Source: Convolutriloba macropyga
Taxonomy: Eukaryota
Length of the DNA: 64,000 nucleotides
Assembly: GCF_964194025.1 (NCBI RefSeq)
Contig: NC_134482.1
Coordinates: 39,990,001 to 40,054,000, forward strand
Direction of reading: 5' to 3'
Shown here in pieces: positions 1 through 12,700 of this stretch (the stretch's first letter is position 1; every line of letters begins with the position of its first letter). Both the position numbers and the translations under genes were made by a program. The notes under the pieces are model-generated. The model ran no database searches, had not been told where the DNA came from, and saw nothing but the letters and a program-made list of their open reading frames with translations.

Positions 1-2822
1 ATAAATTTTCCCACTCTTCAGCCCACTTTTTTTCTAGCTAACAAAAGCTTACAAATTCCACCATCCTAAAAACGGTAGTGGCAGATGATCTTCACTTAGC
101 TTCCGTTTTTTGAAGTCTGAAATGCTCTTTTGAAACATCTGAGGGTGGAAATTTTCAACAAGAAGAATGAGCTGCCTTTTCAATGTGTAAATAGTTCTTT
201 TAACTGTTCCGATTGTTTACTATTGTTTTGCAACCTCTCAATTCAGTCTGTAGCTCAAACTAAGAGTTTCAATTGGAAATAAAAAAACAAAGGCAAGTAC
301 GGCATAGTGTTTTGAAAGCAGTTATCATAAACTTATGTTCCAATTTTAGAGAAATTGAAATAAATTTGGTTCTGAGTGTTTTTACGTCTCGACGAGAAGT
401 ATTGATTTTTTAAAGTTTTTCTTACCGGAAGTACTATTTGTTCAGGCGGCGCTTTGAACTTATTGTGAAAGTAGGTAAAGTTGCCGTGTGAACTAACTTT
501 TTCTGAGCAAGAGAATTTTGTTGTTCATGAGCTGCGTTAAGTGAATGACTTTTTGACTTTGAAAATAGCTTTTGAAAGATTGGCGCATGTAGACGAGAGT
601 TTTTCGTGATGTTTTCGTCCATTTGGCCCAAATTTTTTCTATTGCAGTTTGGTTTTTTGTAGAAGTAAGTTTTGATCAATGCCGAATGAATATGAACCAA
701 TCTAAAAATGATACCACAAAATTTCAGACAGCTTAATGCTTGAAACGCTTGAATGCGTTTCAAGTGCAAAATTGGCCCATATTTCAACTTTTGGCATTTT
801 TTTATTTCTTTATTTTTGGCCGTTTGAGCGGACTTTTTTAAACAAATTAGTATATATGTCAACATATTAGTATATATGTCAACTCTGACGTGGGTTGATT
901 TTGTTTTGAAGAATTGTAGACATAGCAATCCAATTTTTGTGGTTTTTTTCAAATTTTTCTAGATGTTCTGTTTGTATTTTGGTTTTATTTACCCTAGAAA
1001 ATCTTTTGGTGCACTAGCGCTTTTATCGGTTTTGTTTTGTTGGTAATTGATTTGTTTTTGGTCATAAAGTTTTAAAATTCAGTGAAAATGTTTAGCTTGT
1101 TTTGAACATTTTTTTTCAAATTGTTTTACTGATTCAGCTGTTTTACTGATTTATTGTTTTACATATGAGCTGATTTCACTTTTTACTGAGACAAGAGGAT
1201 GCCTATGTAATATTCCTAAACCTCGATTATCTAACTACAAAAAATCTATGCTTTTTCGCTTCATTTTTTTCATTTTGATTTTTAATTGGAGTTTCTAATT
1301 TAGTTTTTTGATTTTTCAGAAATTGCCAATTAGTTTTTGCAAATTTTTGTCACAATGTATATATTCTCCACATTCTAGCATGCTTTTTTTAGCATTCTCT
1401 TAAGACTTAAAGTTTAACTCTTCCTGCCTGTTTCAAATTGAAAATCATTGATTTGAACTAATAATTTTAATCTTTCTTCCTTTAATTTTTTTTAAAATCT
1501 TTGGTTTGAAGTCAATTATTTTCATTTTAATATGGCACTTGAGTTTTGCTAGCTTCATTTTCACAAATTTTGAGCAAAACCCTTTTTCTGTGAATACTCC
1601 TAGGGCTTGGTTTTGGTAACATACGAATGTAAATGCGCTTGAAATTTGTTCTGCCTCTTCAGTCTTTTTAATGACTAGTTTCGATTTAAAATTTTTTGGT
1701 CGTTGTTTAAATTTTTTGTGTTGATTGTGATTTCAAGCGACAAGTTGAGTTTATGCGTAAACCGAGAAAAATTATTTAAAAACCAATCGATCATGGTTCT
1801 TATATTGTTTCGATTGAGAGAACTTACGGATAATGATAAATTTTGTAATAATTTCGGCCATTTCTTGCAGTAATTCATTTTTTCTTCCAAAATAAAGTTT
1901 TGGAAGCCTAACATGGCTTGGCTGTTGCTGCCTAGGTATTTTGATGCTTTCAAAGGCGTACAAAACTTTTGTTATATATATAAGAGTAATGTAAATTTTT
2001 TTTTCAGTTGTCTTTATGCGCTATTTTCATTTTTTACTATTTTTTTGTGGTCACTTTATTAGAAAACCGTTGATTTAAAAGGTTATAATTTTACAAAGAC
2101 GGCTCTTCAAGTCGTTTCCGGTATTGTTCCGGCTATGCTTTTTATTAAGGATTGATAACTGATCCAATGTTTTTTTAAACAACGCGTTGTTAAGGCGTTA
2201 TTTAAGTAACGCGTTAATTCAATAACGCATTTTTTTTAAAAAAATAAAGTGGTTTTTTAAAAAAATGCCAGGCCTACCATCTCATCAATATTGTTGTGGC
2301 TTGGTTTGGATTGTGTGCCTTATTTGTTTTTGTCAGCACTTGTGTTCCACGTTTGAGAAAGTTAACATGAAAGCGCTTCTGAAAACTTTTCCATTTAGGA
2401 TGGATAATTGATCCAGCATTTTTGCCAATCAAATAGCAGGCACCAGAGGAGTAAAAAACAGCCGAAATACGAGGCCCTAAAAATTTTAAGAATAGTTATA
2501 AAGTTTGAGATCCCATATTCATTGTTCTGGGTTTCTCCGTTAACTAGCTTTTAAAATTCCCAGAAGATCCCTCTTCATCAATAGCGCTATCAGTGATGTT
2601 GAGCCAACTGATGCGTTGAAAAGGTTTCAAGAGAACTCCATCCATGATTTTGTTCATCTTCAATAAAATCTTAAACGGAGGAACACTGGGATTTTTTTGT
2701 TTCGTGTCAGGTATTTGTTTCATTCAGTGTAAAAAATGGTTCACATCAAAAGAGTCCTCTTAAAATTAGCATGCGTTTCCATATTGATAGAGGTCTATGC
2801 AGGTGCAACTACTGTGACAATG

Positions 2823-2894
2823 GACCAGTACTGGATTTCAACCAGCATTTCTTACTTGCAAGCCTAGTGTGCTACCCATTTACACTAACTGGTC
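2823..2894 (-). pseudogene. tRNA-like sequence (pseudo-tRNA or tRNA-derived SINE head), nominal anticodon TGC
   Basis: On the minus strand GACCAGT...ACTGGTC forms a perfect 7-bp acceptor stem; D-arm GTGT/GCAC; T-arm GCTGG-TTGAAAT-CCAGT. The anticodon stem pairs poorly and the T-loop lacks TTCG. Confidence 0.6.
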
Positions 2895-3205
2895 TTACGC
2901 TCTCGAAATTGGGCATCCCCCATAACCCGTTCTCACATTCTTTCTTGTTCTACAAGGCTTCATTTCTCTAGCCAAGTATACGTCGAACAAGTAGAGCTTC
3001 TTGTCAAGTTTATCCTATGCACATTTTACATTAGGTTGTTCTCTCTTAACCTTCTAACACATATGTCGTATTTCCCAATCTTAATAAGATGTATATCTTT
3101 TCGCTTAGTGTAATTTTTGACCATATCACATGCTGTCAACCCTGCTTTTGAATGTTCGCCCATGCTGTGTACGATTGTTCTTTAAAGAAATTGTTGCTTC
3201 TTTGA

Positions 3206-4208
3206 AAAATGTGGACAAAATTTATTAGTTTTGCCTGACATCTGAACTTAAGAGAATGATCAAAGTAATGATCAAAAAAGATCTTGGCAGAGATCCTACC
3301 AGTCGCCATTCTTACCAGATCTTCCAATTTATCCATCCTTCACTGCAATGGATTATTCATTACCTGTTAAGGAGCTATTAATTTAAGCTACTGTTATGTA
3401 CTGGACTTTAGTTTTACCTTTCCTTACAGAAAAGGATGCATATTTGTAATAGATTTGGTTTTCTATTATAGTCTAAACTTAGATTCAGCTTTTCTCACGT
3501 CTGAAATGAATTTAAATTCTACCATTTTTTTCAGAGGTTTATGCTGAAATTTTGAGGCTTTGATTCTAACTTGAGCCTGGAAAATGGTCGAACTATTCAC
3601 ATATGCCCTCATTTTTATCAGCTCGGTTCTGCTTCTGCGGGCTCAGGTTAGAACAAAAGCTTCAAAATTTCAGCAAAAATTCTTTGAACAGAAATGGTAA
3701 AATTAAAATTTAATTCAGACGCGAGAAATGCTGAATCTAATTTAGGACTATAAGAGAACATCAAATCTACACCAAATGCATCATTTTCTGATAGGAAAGG
3801 CACATCTAATGTCCAGTGCATAACTGTAGTTTATTTTAATAGCTCCTCAACAGGTAATCAATCCGTTGCACTGAAGAAAGGATAAATTGCACGGTTATCA
3901 TATAGAATGACTGGTAAGACCTCTGCCAAGATCATTTTTTGATCATTACTTTGATCATTTTTTGGAAAAAAATTTAGATGTCAGGCAAAATCAATACAAA
4001 TTTTTGTCCCCATCTTTTGCGGAAGCCACTTTCTGATATCATGGTAAAGGTATCTAGAAAGTGCAGAAGCAGAACCGAGCTGATAAAAAATGGCATATGT
4101 GAATAGTTCGACCGTTTTCTAGGCTCAAGTTAGAGCGAAGGCCTCAAAATTTCAGCAAAAGTCCTCTGAAATGATATGGTAATATAAAAATTCAATTAAG
4201 AGGCGAGA
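3206..4208. repeat. Foldback (long imperfect inverted repeat) with an extra partial third arm
   Basis: About 3206-3577 is the reverse complement of about 3640-4017 (e.g. GATCAAAGTAATGATCAAAAAAGATCTTGGCAGAG vs CTCTGCCAAGATCATTTTTTGATCATTACTTTGATC). About 4062-4208 is again the inverse of about 3495-3637. Confidence 0.8.
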
Positions 4209-5991
4209 TTATGCGAGTCTCCCATCTTTGAGGATTACATGACTCTAAACTTTTAAGGAAATAATAAAGCAATTTTCTCTTAAATAGGGTAATAAAAAGC
4301 GCACAATTGGTTAAATTTGAAAGGATGGTCTATGCTTTCTTTAAGGCTTCCCTGGTTGCCATTCATACAAATATCGGTAATCAAACAGATTTTTACAGAT
4401 AGTTAAACAACGTGACAGTAATTAGATCTGAAATAATATGGGTTTATAGTGTATCTATCCGTAACATATCTCATTTTTGAAAATTTTCGTACAAGGTAAT
4501 ATATGATTATAACATTTCTTGGTAATAATTTAAGTATCTTGTAATGAAAACATATTTTCTCGAAAGTGCGTCAGAATCATTTAAAACAGGTATATCATTT
4601 CGAACATAGCTCAACAGATTGAGGCCAAATAAATTTGACGCTAAATAGATTGACAGAGTTTTCATTTTTCTTGCTAACCATAAAAGCTCATACACAAGTC
4701 TTGTTCACATTCTATTTTCTCGCTCACAAGCACAGCTTTTCCGGGGCCCTTTTAAAAGATGCTGCGCGTTTGCTTGCCTGTATAAATTATGGCTGAGTTT
4801 ATTTAAAGGTTTAAGTGCTAACCCATTCTAAAAACTTTCGCATAGCTTTTTTGGGGTCTGGCAATAAACCCAAAAATGCCGCCTGTTTATAATAAGAAAT
4901 AAACCCCCCCCCCCTGGAAAAATGTTTTGAAATTTTGGTGGTGATATATAGACAACAAGCGCTTCAGGAATCTACCATGGCACAACAACGAGGGGGAAGC
5001 ACATAGTTAAAGAAAAAGAGAATCACGGCAGAATAAAAGAATTGTTTCTACCGCACACGAATATCAACCAATATAATATTTGGGATCAATTGCTTCAAAC
5101 ATGTCATTTTGAGAAAATGTTTCAATTTTTTGCTTTTTATCTTTGTAATTGTGTAACTGTAATGATTGTGTAACTGTGTGTGGGTTTTTTTTTCGTGGGT
5201 TTTTTTCCTTGGAGTTTTTTTTCTTGGGTTTTTCCGAAACCGCTTTTTTGGGTTATTTCGAGTCTGCCAATGTCACTATCGTGGCAATTAAAAAACAGTT
5301 AGTTTTAATTGCTATCGAAGCAAGTCTAATAATTGTAAAATCATAATTGGCGAACTGACAAGCGTAAAATCTGACTTGGCTCAAGTCTCACAATTGTAAA
5401 ATTAGACTGAATGCAAGTCTGATAAGACAAAAAGGTGACATGAATCACTCTATGCTTCAGTTATGATGAGGAATCGCATTTATACTGGCCCAGTACTGAA
5501 ACGCACTTGGAGTTAGGTACGTGAAATAAGCTGCTGCCTTATCTCGTTATTCAATGTATATCTAACACCCCACCCCCCCCCCCCCCCTTGAACTAGGATA
5601 ACTTTCCCCTTTTTTGAGAACTTCGCCACCAGAAACGGCAATATCATGACTCGAAAAAACAGTTGATGTTGTAATGATCGTATAGTCAAAGTATGTTTTG
5701 AGATTCGCGTTTGAACTCTATATTGGATAATTTTCACAATATTTGAGCCTGCTTTAGCATCAGATATTTGTCTGGTTTGTTTTGGCCTCGCATTTTTTAT
5801 TGCGCCGAAATACAGATGGAAGATCTTAATTCGGCTTTGTGCTCTTTTGGTATTATTTTTGAAACCCAGACAAAAGAAACCTTAGATCCTTTATTTAATT
5901 AGATTCAGCTGAAAAATGGGTTTGCTTTGATCACATCTGTTTGGTTTGGTACACTATGGTCTGGTACACGCAATTAGATTACGTGTCTCAC

Positions 5992-6000
5992 TATATAAAG
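5992..6000 (+). promoter_or_regulatory. Candidate TATA box upstream of the signal-peptide ORF
   Basis: TATATAAAG lies about 180 nt upstream of ATG 6175. Chance matches are common in AT-rich DNA. Confidence 0.3.
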
Positions 6001-6174
6001 CAGAAACAAAGGATAAAATCCATAACTTTATTTTTGATAGATTTTCATCACTAGTTTTGAACCCTAAAAGTAATATAAAGTAATATACATTAAAGTTTTA
6101 TATAAACTTATATAAAGTAGTATAAAAGTAATAATAAATAATATTATTTTAACATAATTTGTTCAAAAAGAACT

Positions 6175-6456
6175 ATGAAAACTTCTATGTTCCTGCTTTT
6201 CCTGATATTCTGCGGCGTGACTATGCTGTTCGTTGAAGCCAGAAATTTGGTTTCTCCGATTACGATGGTGCGAGATTTACCATTGGAAGCAGCAGGTAGG
6301 ATAATTTCTCCACTAAATCATACGCGCAAACCCTTTCCAAAAAAGTTGATCAGGCGTCGCAAAGACACCATGGTGACTGAACACCGTAGGTCCTGGATCC
6401 GAGGGTCGGGTAAGCTATACAAGTTAGAACCGAGTTCTCACAGGAAAACAACATAA
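6175..6456 (+). CDS. Candidate small secreted protein or peptide precursor (93 aa, possibly only a first exon)
   Basis: N-terminus MKTSMFLLFLIFCGVTMLFVEA|R looks like a signal peptide; several basic clusters (RK, KK, RRRK, RR, GK); GC-richer than its flanks; donor-like sites CAG/GTAGG (6296) and CGG/GTAAGC (6410). Confidence 0.4.
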   Translation: MKTSMFLLFLIFCGVTMLFVEARNLVSPITMVRDLPLEAAGRIISPLNHTRKPFPKKLIRRRKDTMVTEHRRSWIRGSGKLYKLEPSSHRKTT

Positions 6457-7777
6457 AAGATAGTGTTAAATTACCGTCTAATTTCCACGAAGATTATTTT
6501 AGAGAATGCATGCATAAGTGAGCATTCGAGAGTCAAGAGGCGACAGACAATGATTATGTAACGCGTGTACACAAATTCAAAGTTTTTGTTACATAATTAT
6601 TACATATTGCGTTACATAACAAATTACGTACGCGATGGCCGAGTACCGCCGAATGCCATCCATCTTAGACACAATTTCTCTAAGCTTCGTCGAGCGAAAA
6701 GAATTACACTGGACTCTAAAAAAATTCTTAAAAAATGGTCTCTCCTTATTTAATTGTTCATTCTGCCTTAAAATATCACGTTTTTGGGCAAATACAAAAA
6801 TTCATTCGTAGCTACATACATTTTTTGGATAAAAACTGACATTCTAAGTATGAAAATTTCAAATAAGAAATTACATGACCCTGGTTGAACTTGAAGTCTA
6901 TATTATTAATGATTGAGATTCTGAGAGATACTTCTTATATATCAGAGACGCTGCAATTCTTCAATTTGTATGATATCAGAGTCATATGAATGTTTTTTTC
7001 AAATGAAACATGAGAAAAAAACATGAATGTTTCATACTCAGAATGTTTTTTTATGTCTTGACGGGTTTTGAATTGGTACTGGTGAAAATTGGACAAGATT
7101 TCAAGCAGTTTTCTCTAACACTTGACGAGCATTGTGTCAACTCATGGTTTCAGAGTTTAAATATTGCCATTTCCTTCCCTTCGATGACAAAATATATAGA
7201 GCAACTATCGTTTGAACGAACTTGCCAGCAAAGCTCTCGGGAGTTTGCAGAGATACCCAAGGAAAAGTTCACTCACGCCCACACTTTTGGAAGAGAAACG
7301 AGACAAAACTGACCTAAAATGAGCTTTAAGGATTTGAGCATTTGGAGTTTGACTTCGAAAAATATGACAGTTTTCTTTAAAAAATTTTCAGTGACTTTAT
7401 TGCTTTATTTTTGCATCCGTTACAAGCGTCTAAAAGTGTCAATTTTTTTCAAAAGTAATGTATATCACTTTTTAATCTGGTTTCAACTCTTTTATCTGTA
7501 TTTGAAAGTAGGCGTTTTTTTGGTACAAGTAGTAAGTTATGAAAATATATATTTTTTTAAAATAATCTTTAATTATAGTTATCAACCTTTCGTTGGTTGT
7601 TAGCTTGACCAAAGGGCATTTTCTAAATTTGGGCCCGGGGAGAAGCTGATTTAATCATTTTGTGAAATTTTTCAGGAACCTCCAAGCGTGATGAGGGGAC
7701 GGGTCTGATCAAAAGGAAGTGTAGACCCCATATGAAAGAAAACTGTAGCACTTCTTGAATTTTTCTTAATTTGATAA

Positions 7778-9760
7778 ATCGGTAATTGTTGAATTACTTG
7801 AAAATATGGTAGTGGTGTTCAATGTTATAGTGAGCTTCTGAAATTACGAGATTATTTATTTATGTTTATTTATTTGGCGTACCTAAGCTAATCAAAACTA
7901 AATTATCTAAAGCTAATTTAGTTTTGATTCCGAGGCTGATTCAGGTCGCTAAAATTTCTCTGAAAATGTTTACTAAAATTTTCCTGAAAACGTTCTGATG
8001 CAGTAATTATAATCTGATACCAATAAAATAAAAGCTCCCAAATTTTCCCAATTAATTTCTACAGCAAAACAACGTGGTGCAATCAATTAAAAAGAATAAT
8101 AAAATTGTTTATAAAAATTTTCAGATAAATTTTCAGTTTAATTTTTAGATAATACATAAGTCCCCTCCAAAGTTCTGTCAGAGCCTGAGTCATACTTGAT
8201 TTTTAACCAAAAAGCAGTTCAATGATAGGCTCAACAAATGACAAACAAATCTATATAAGAGCTACACATCGGGCTTTAATAAAAAATATACTTGCTATCT
8301 TAGCGAGGACAAAAATCATTTTTTTTTGTAATTAGTTTTCAATATGCTTAAAAGAGCATCAATAGCATCGATTTAAAGATGATTAGTTATGAAAAAAATG
8401 AAATTTCTATAACCAAATTAAAGGAGTTTATTTTATTTTCTGAAAACTGCAGTAGCGAAGATAATAGGAAGCATCAACTTCATCTAAAAGTTACAGCTTT
8501 TTAAATTTTTAACAAAACGAAAAAAAAGGCATCATGGAATTTCAAATTTGCCGCCATATCATTTATTTAAAAATTTTTAGTGAGCTTTTCTTCCGAGCCC
8601 TTACTTCAATTCAAACTAAGTTCTAGAAAACTAGAAATCACTTTTTTTTAGATAGGAGAAATCAAAGGAGAAAGCTAAAATATATGTTGTCTTATTGGAA
8701 AAATGAAATTTAGAATCGGTAATTGTTAAATTAGATGAAAATATTGTAGTCGTATTAAATGTGACACTGAGCTTTTGAAATAAGTCAATTATTTATTTAT
8801 GTTTATTTATATCCCATAACTAACTTTAAGGCTAATTCAGTACTAATTCAGAGGCTGATTGAGGTCACCTTTTCACGCTAAATTCTTTTTAATTCAGAGC
8901 CTATTCCAAAATTTATTCCTCTGTTTCACATGAAGTAAGAATATTTTGGCCCTCACTTTACAGTAGATATTGATATGAAAATGTTCTGATTCAGCACTGA
9001 AACCTAAAATTTCTCCGGAAAAAATTTTATTCAGTACTAAAAACAGAAATTTTTACGAAAATGCTTTGATTTACCACTATTACTAACCTAACGTTAGGGA
9101 CGGGTTATCTATTTATAATAAATAGAAAATAGAGCTCACCAATTTTTAATTTTACGCTCTGCAGCAAAACGTTGCGGCACTATCAATTTCTTTAAATAAT
9201 GATTTTCAAAAAAAAATTGTCGTGATAATTCTTAGAGGGGTTAACAAAGAATATAATTTTCAGATATTACAAAGAAGAAGAAAGAACAAGGAGAATGGTA
9301 ATGAGCTTCTGCTCAAAAGTTCAAGCCTATCAACGGATATACAAGGGCTTCAAAGCAGCCTTCATATAAATGATACTAACTAAATTAAGCAAGAATCAAG
9401 TTTTATGTTCTTTCTATAAATAGGTACGACAAAATTTTGAGATTTTTTTTTATAAATAGGCGCGACAAAATTTTGAAAAATTTTTTACCCGTTGAAAGGA
9501 GTTCGTTTTAGTTTCTGGAAATCCGTAGTAGCAAAAACTATATGAAACGTCAATTCTTTCCGAAGTTAAATTGTTCTAACTTTTTTAAGAAAAAAGTCAG
9601 AAAAACATCATTGAAATAAAAATTTACTGTCGTATCACTTTTTTCAAGATTCTTTGAACTTTTAACTCAATTCATATGCATTTCCAGAACACCAGAAAAC
9701 GTGCCTTTGATAGTTCCTCCGCCTAATCTAGGGAGAAAGCCAAAATTGAAGCTTAGAATT
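7778..9760. repeat. Diverged tandem duplication, about 0.95-1.05 kb unit x2
   Basis: AATCGGTAATTGTT...ATTATTTATTTATGTTTATTTAT starts at 7778 and 8716; a later block AAGGAGTT...GTAGC recurs at about 8420 and 9496. Confidence 0.75.
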
Positions 9761-12700
9761 TGTTCACATTTCACTCAAAATTAAATAATTTTCCAAAACC
9801 GTAGAGAACAAAATAATTCGTGGCGGCTCATAATAATTGCTTTCCACAAATTAATTCCATTGAATTTTCCTCTTTTTCATTAAAAAATTGAGAAATGTAT
9901 GTTTTCTATCAGAGCACGTATAAATTGGCGACATAAGTTTAAAAATTGTACAAAAAGAACAGTAGAATTTACTTCCGGAACGGCACGAATGGTTTTTCTA
10001 ACTACCAATTCGGTTTCAGTAAACTAAAGCAATGTATGTGTTTTAATTTTGGTTTCGCAAAATGAAAAACAATGGAGGCAGTTGATGATGGAAAAAGCTG
10101 AAAGTAAGATTAAAAATATTTTTTGATATGGAAAAAAACTTAGACCAGCTCCGAACAAATAACAAATCAAATTATAGCTGTTAATAAAAACCAAGTAAAG
10201 AGTTAAACTTAATACTTAAGGCTGAACAATAGGGGGGTACGGCTTAGTATAGTATATCCAGTTTTAAATTTTTCCTCTTTCAATTTTTTCATTGTGGAAT
10301 TTCTGCCTATTCACATATGAAAAAAGTTTGAAAAAATGATTCGAAAAGTATAAAACAAAAAAAACAATTAGGTTAGTCAGTCATTCAAATTGCGATACCT
10401 AAATAGCAGATGCTCAATTATTAATTGACAAATTGATAAATAAATTGAACTCTAGACAATAAAGCAGTATGTATTCGAAACTCTTCTGCTGAATTTAACT
10501 TTCGAACACTTTGCCGAGCCCGCTAGCGTTTGGTTACCTTATAGCGGTTTGCAATTGATTGAATTCTAATAAACTCAAAAATTTTTCAAAAAAGATCGTC
10601 TGATGCAGTTGTGTTGATGTATCTGAAGTTATCTATTTATTGTATCTATTTATAACTCCTGGTGGATTTTATTTTTTTGGTTGAAAATTAATCGCTGTAA
10701 ATATTTTGTCCACCATTTTACATGCTTAGCTATTTGTATTGATCAGACAAAAGCGAACTTTTTGAAAATTTCATCTTCTTTTTGTATAATTTAAGGGGTT
10801 ATTTTGGGTAACGTACTGCCATTTGATGTTATCAATTTAATGTGGTAAAATAAGTGTTCAATGTTAGAATTAAAAAAACATTTTATGTAGAAATTCAATA
10901 AAGTCAATCTTTTACATGTCAAAACTTTATAATTACATAGTTGTAATCAAAAAACTTTAATTCGATTGGTAACTTAATCAAACTTTGGACAAAGCGCGTT
11001 AAAATTATATTGCTTATGAAATCCATATCTTGCATTATGCATAATTATTAAATTAAATTAATTGAATAAACCAAAGTTCTATTTCTTTAAAATCGTTTTT
11101 GTTTGAAGTTGTAATCATGTACTGCTATTCGAGATTTTAATAGTACAGTATGACAATAATGATTTTCAAAACTTTAAATCTTATCAAAGAATGTCATGTA
11201 AACGAGTTCAAAATTTGAAGCAGAATTTTCAATGAAACTGGTTCTTCTTGTAGGTTTCGAATGGTCGTAAGTATAAAAAATTATCGCGAAAATAACTGAA
11301 TAAGTAGAAAATAAAACATCAATTATTTTTGGGTCAAAAATTGAAAAGAAGAATTGCGTATCAAAAAAAAACGAGCTGTAGAGTTTTTTGTTGACTCTTT
11401 TCCTTTGCAGTTACTTTTTTGATCTTGACTGGAGCAAAACATCGTTTTTGACTTCTGACTGTAATGTTCATGCGGGTTTGAATTCATCTTTGTCTTAGAT
11501 CTTACTAATTGCTTCTAGAGTGGCGTATTTTTTTTGTTTTTGTTACCTCCGGGGATAAGATTAAATGGTGTTTTCTTGAGAAAAAAAACACCCGACGAAT
11601 CGGGCAAACTTGTAAAATTGCCCTGAATTTCAAAGTTTTATCTTATAAAAGCTGCAATTTGAGTAAGAGTAGGAATATGCATTTAATATGTAAGAAGGTC
11701 ATAGGTTTAGATAATTAAAAATACATAAAGAAAGGTCAACTGATAAGTTTATGTAATTTCAGTCCCCGGTAAAACTAGGAACCCTAGTTCAAATTTAATG
11801 TCAAATTTGCAATTATTTATAAAGAAATTTGAAAACTTTGTAAAAGAATGCATTAATTTTACAAATATTTGCAAAGAGGTCTGAATATTTGTGCCCCTTA
11901 AGTGAAAAAAAACGAAGAAACATATGTTGAAAACATAGTTATTTTTTTGAGGCAAACCTGTTAAACGCGAGAATCATTAGATCTTAACATCCTAGCGGAA
12001 CAAATAATGGGAAGAACTAGATAAGATTCAGGAAACAATATTGATAAATTATTGTGCTACTCCAAATTTATTCTCATTCCTTAATCTTGTCAGCTAATTT
12101 AGCACAGTTGACTGCTTAACTTAAGGTCTCGTTTTTTAATCTACTTTTTTCCAATCCATCAGTCCACCGATTTAATTGGTAGAATTTCAAAAATGTTTTT
12201 TTTAATGAAAAAAATTATGCGCAAGCTTAATTGAAATGGCTGACACACTTTTAATTAGATACAAGCAAATCTACGTAATAATGCGAGCACTTCTACGCAG
12301 GTAATTTTACTACCTCAACTGTGAATGTACTCTGGCGTTTCGGAAACTATCTGCACAGGTACTTGAACGTACCTGCAACTGCTGGTGATTTTACTTGAAA
12401 TGTGCATTTAGTCCTCCTAAAAATTTACCCGAATTTTCAGGTAATTCACGTTTACAGTGAAGGTATTGCAAAGTTAAATTGCCTGAACAATTACCTTGTT
12501 AATCTTAAACTTGATCTCTGCAGGTAATTTTTAGGCGTGTAAGGAGCTCTAGGTTGATCGGAAAACTCTAAGAACATGCAAGAAAAAGGAAACTGTTACA
12601 GGTCAACATTCTCTCAATGTCTACATCATGTCCATTCTACCGCGATTATATTTACAGCGTTTCAAATTTTACAAATGGGGAAATTATAGCTATTTCAGAG

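Noticed and set aside
2823-2894. Functional tRNA-Ala(TGC)
   Set aside because: The anticodon stem is mispaired and the T-loop is non-canonical; treated as a pseudo-tRNA or SINE head.
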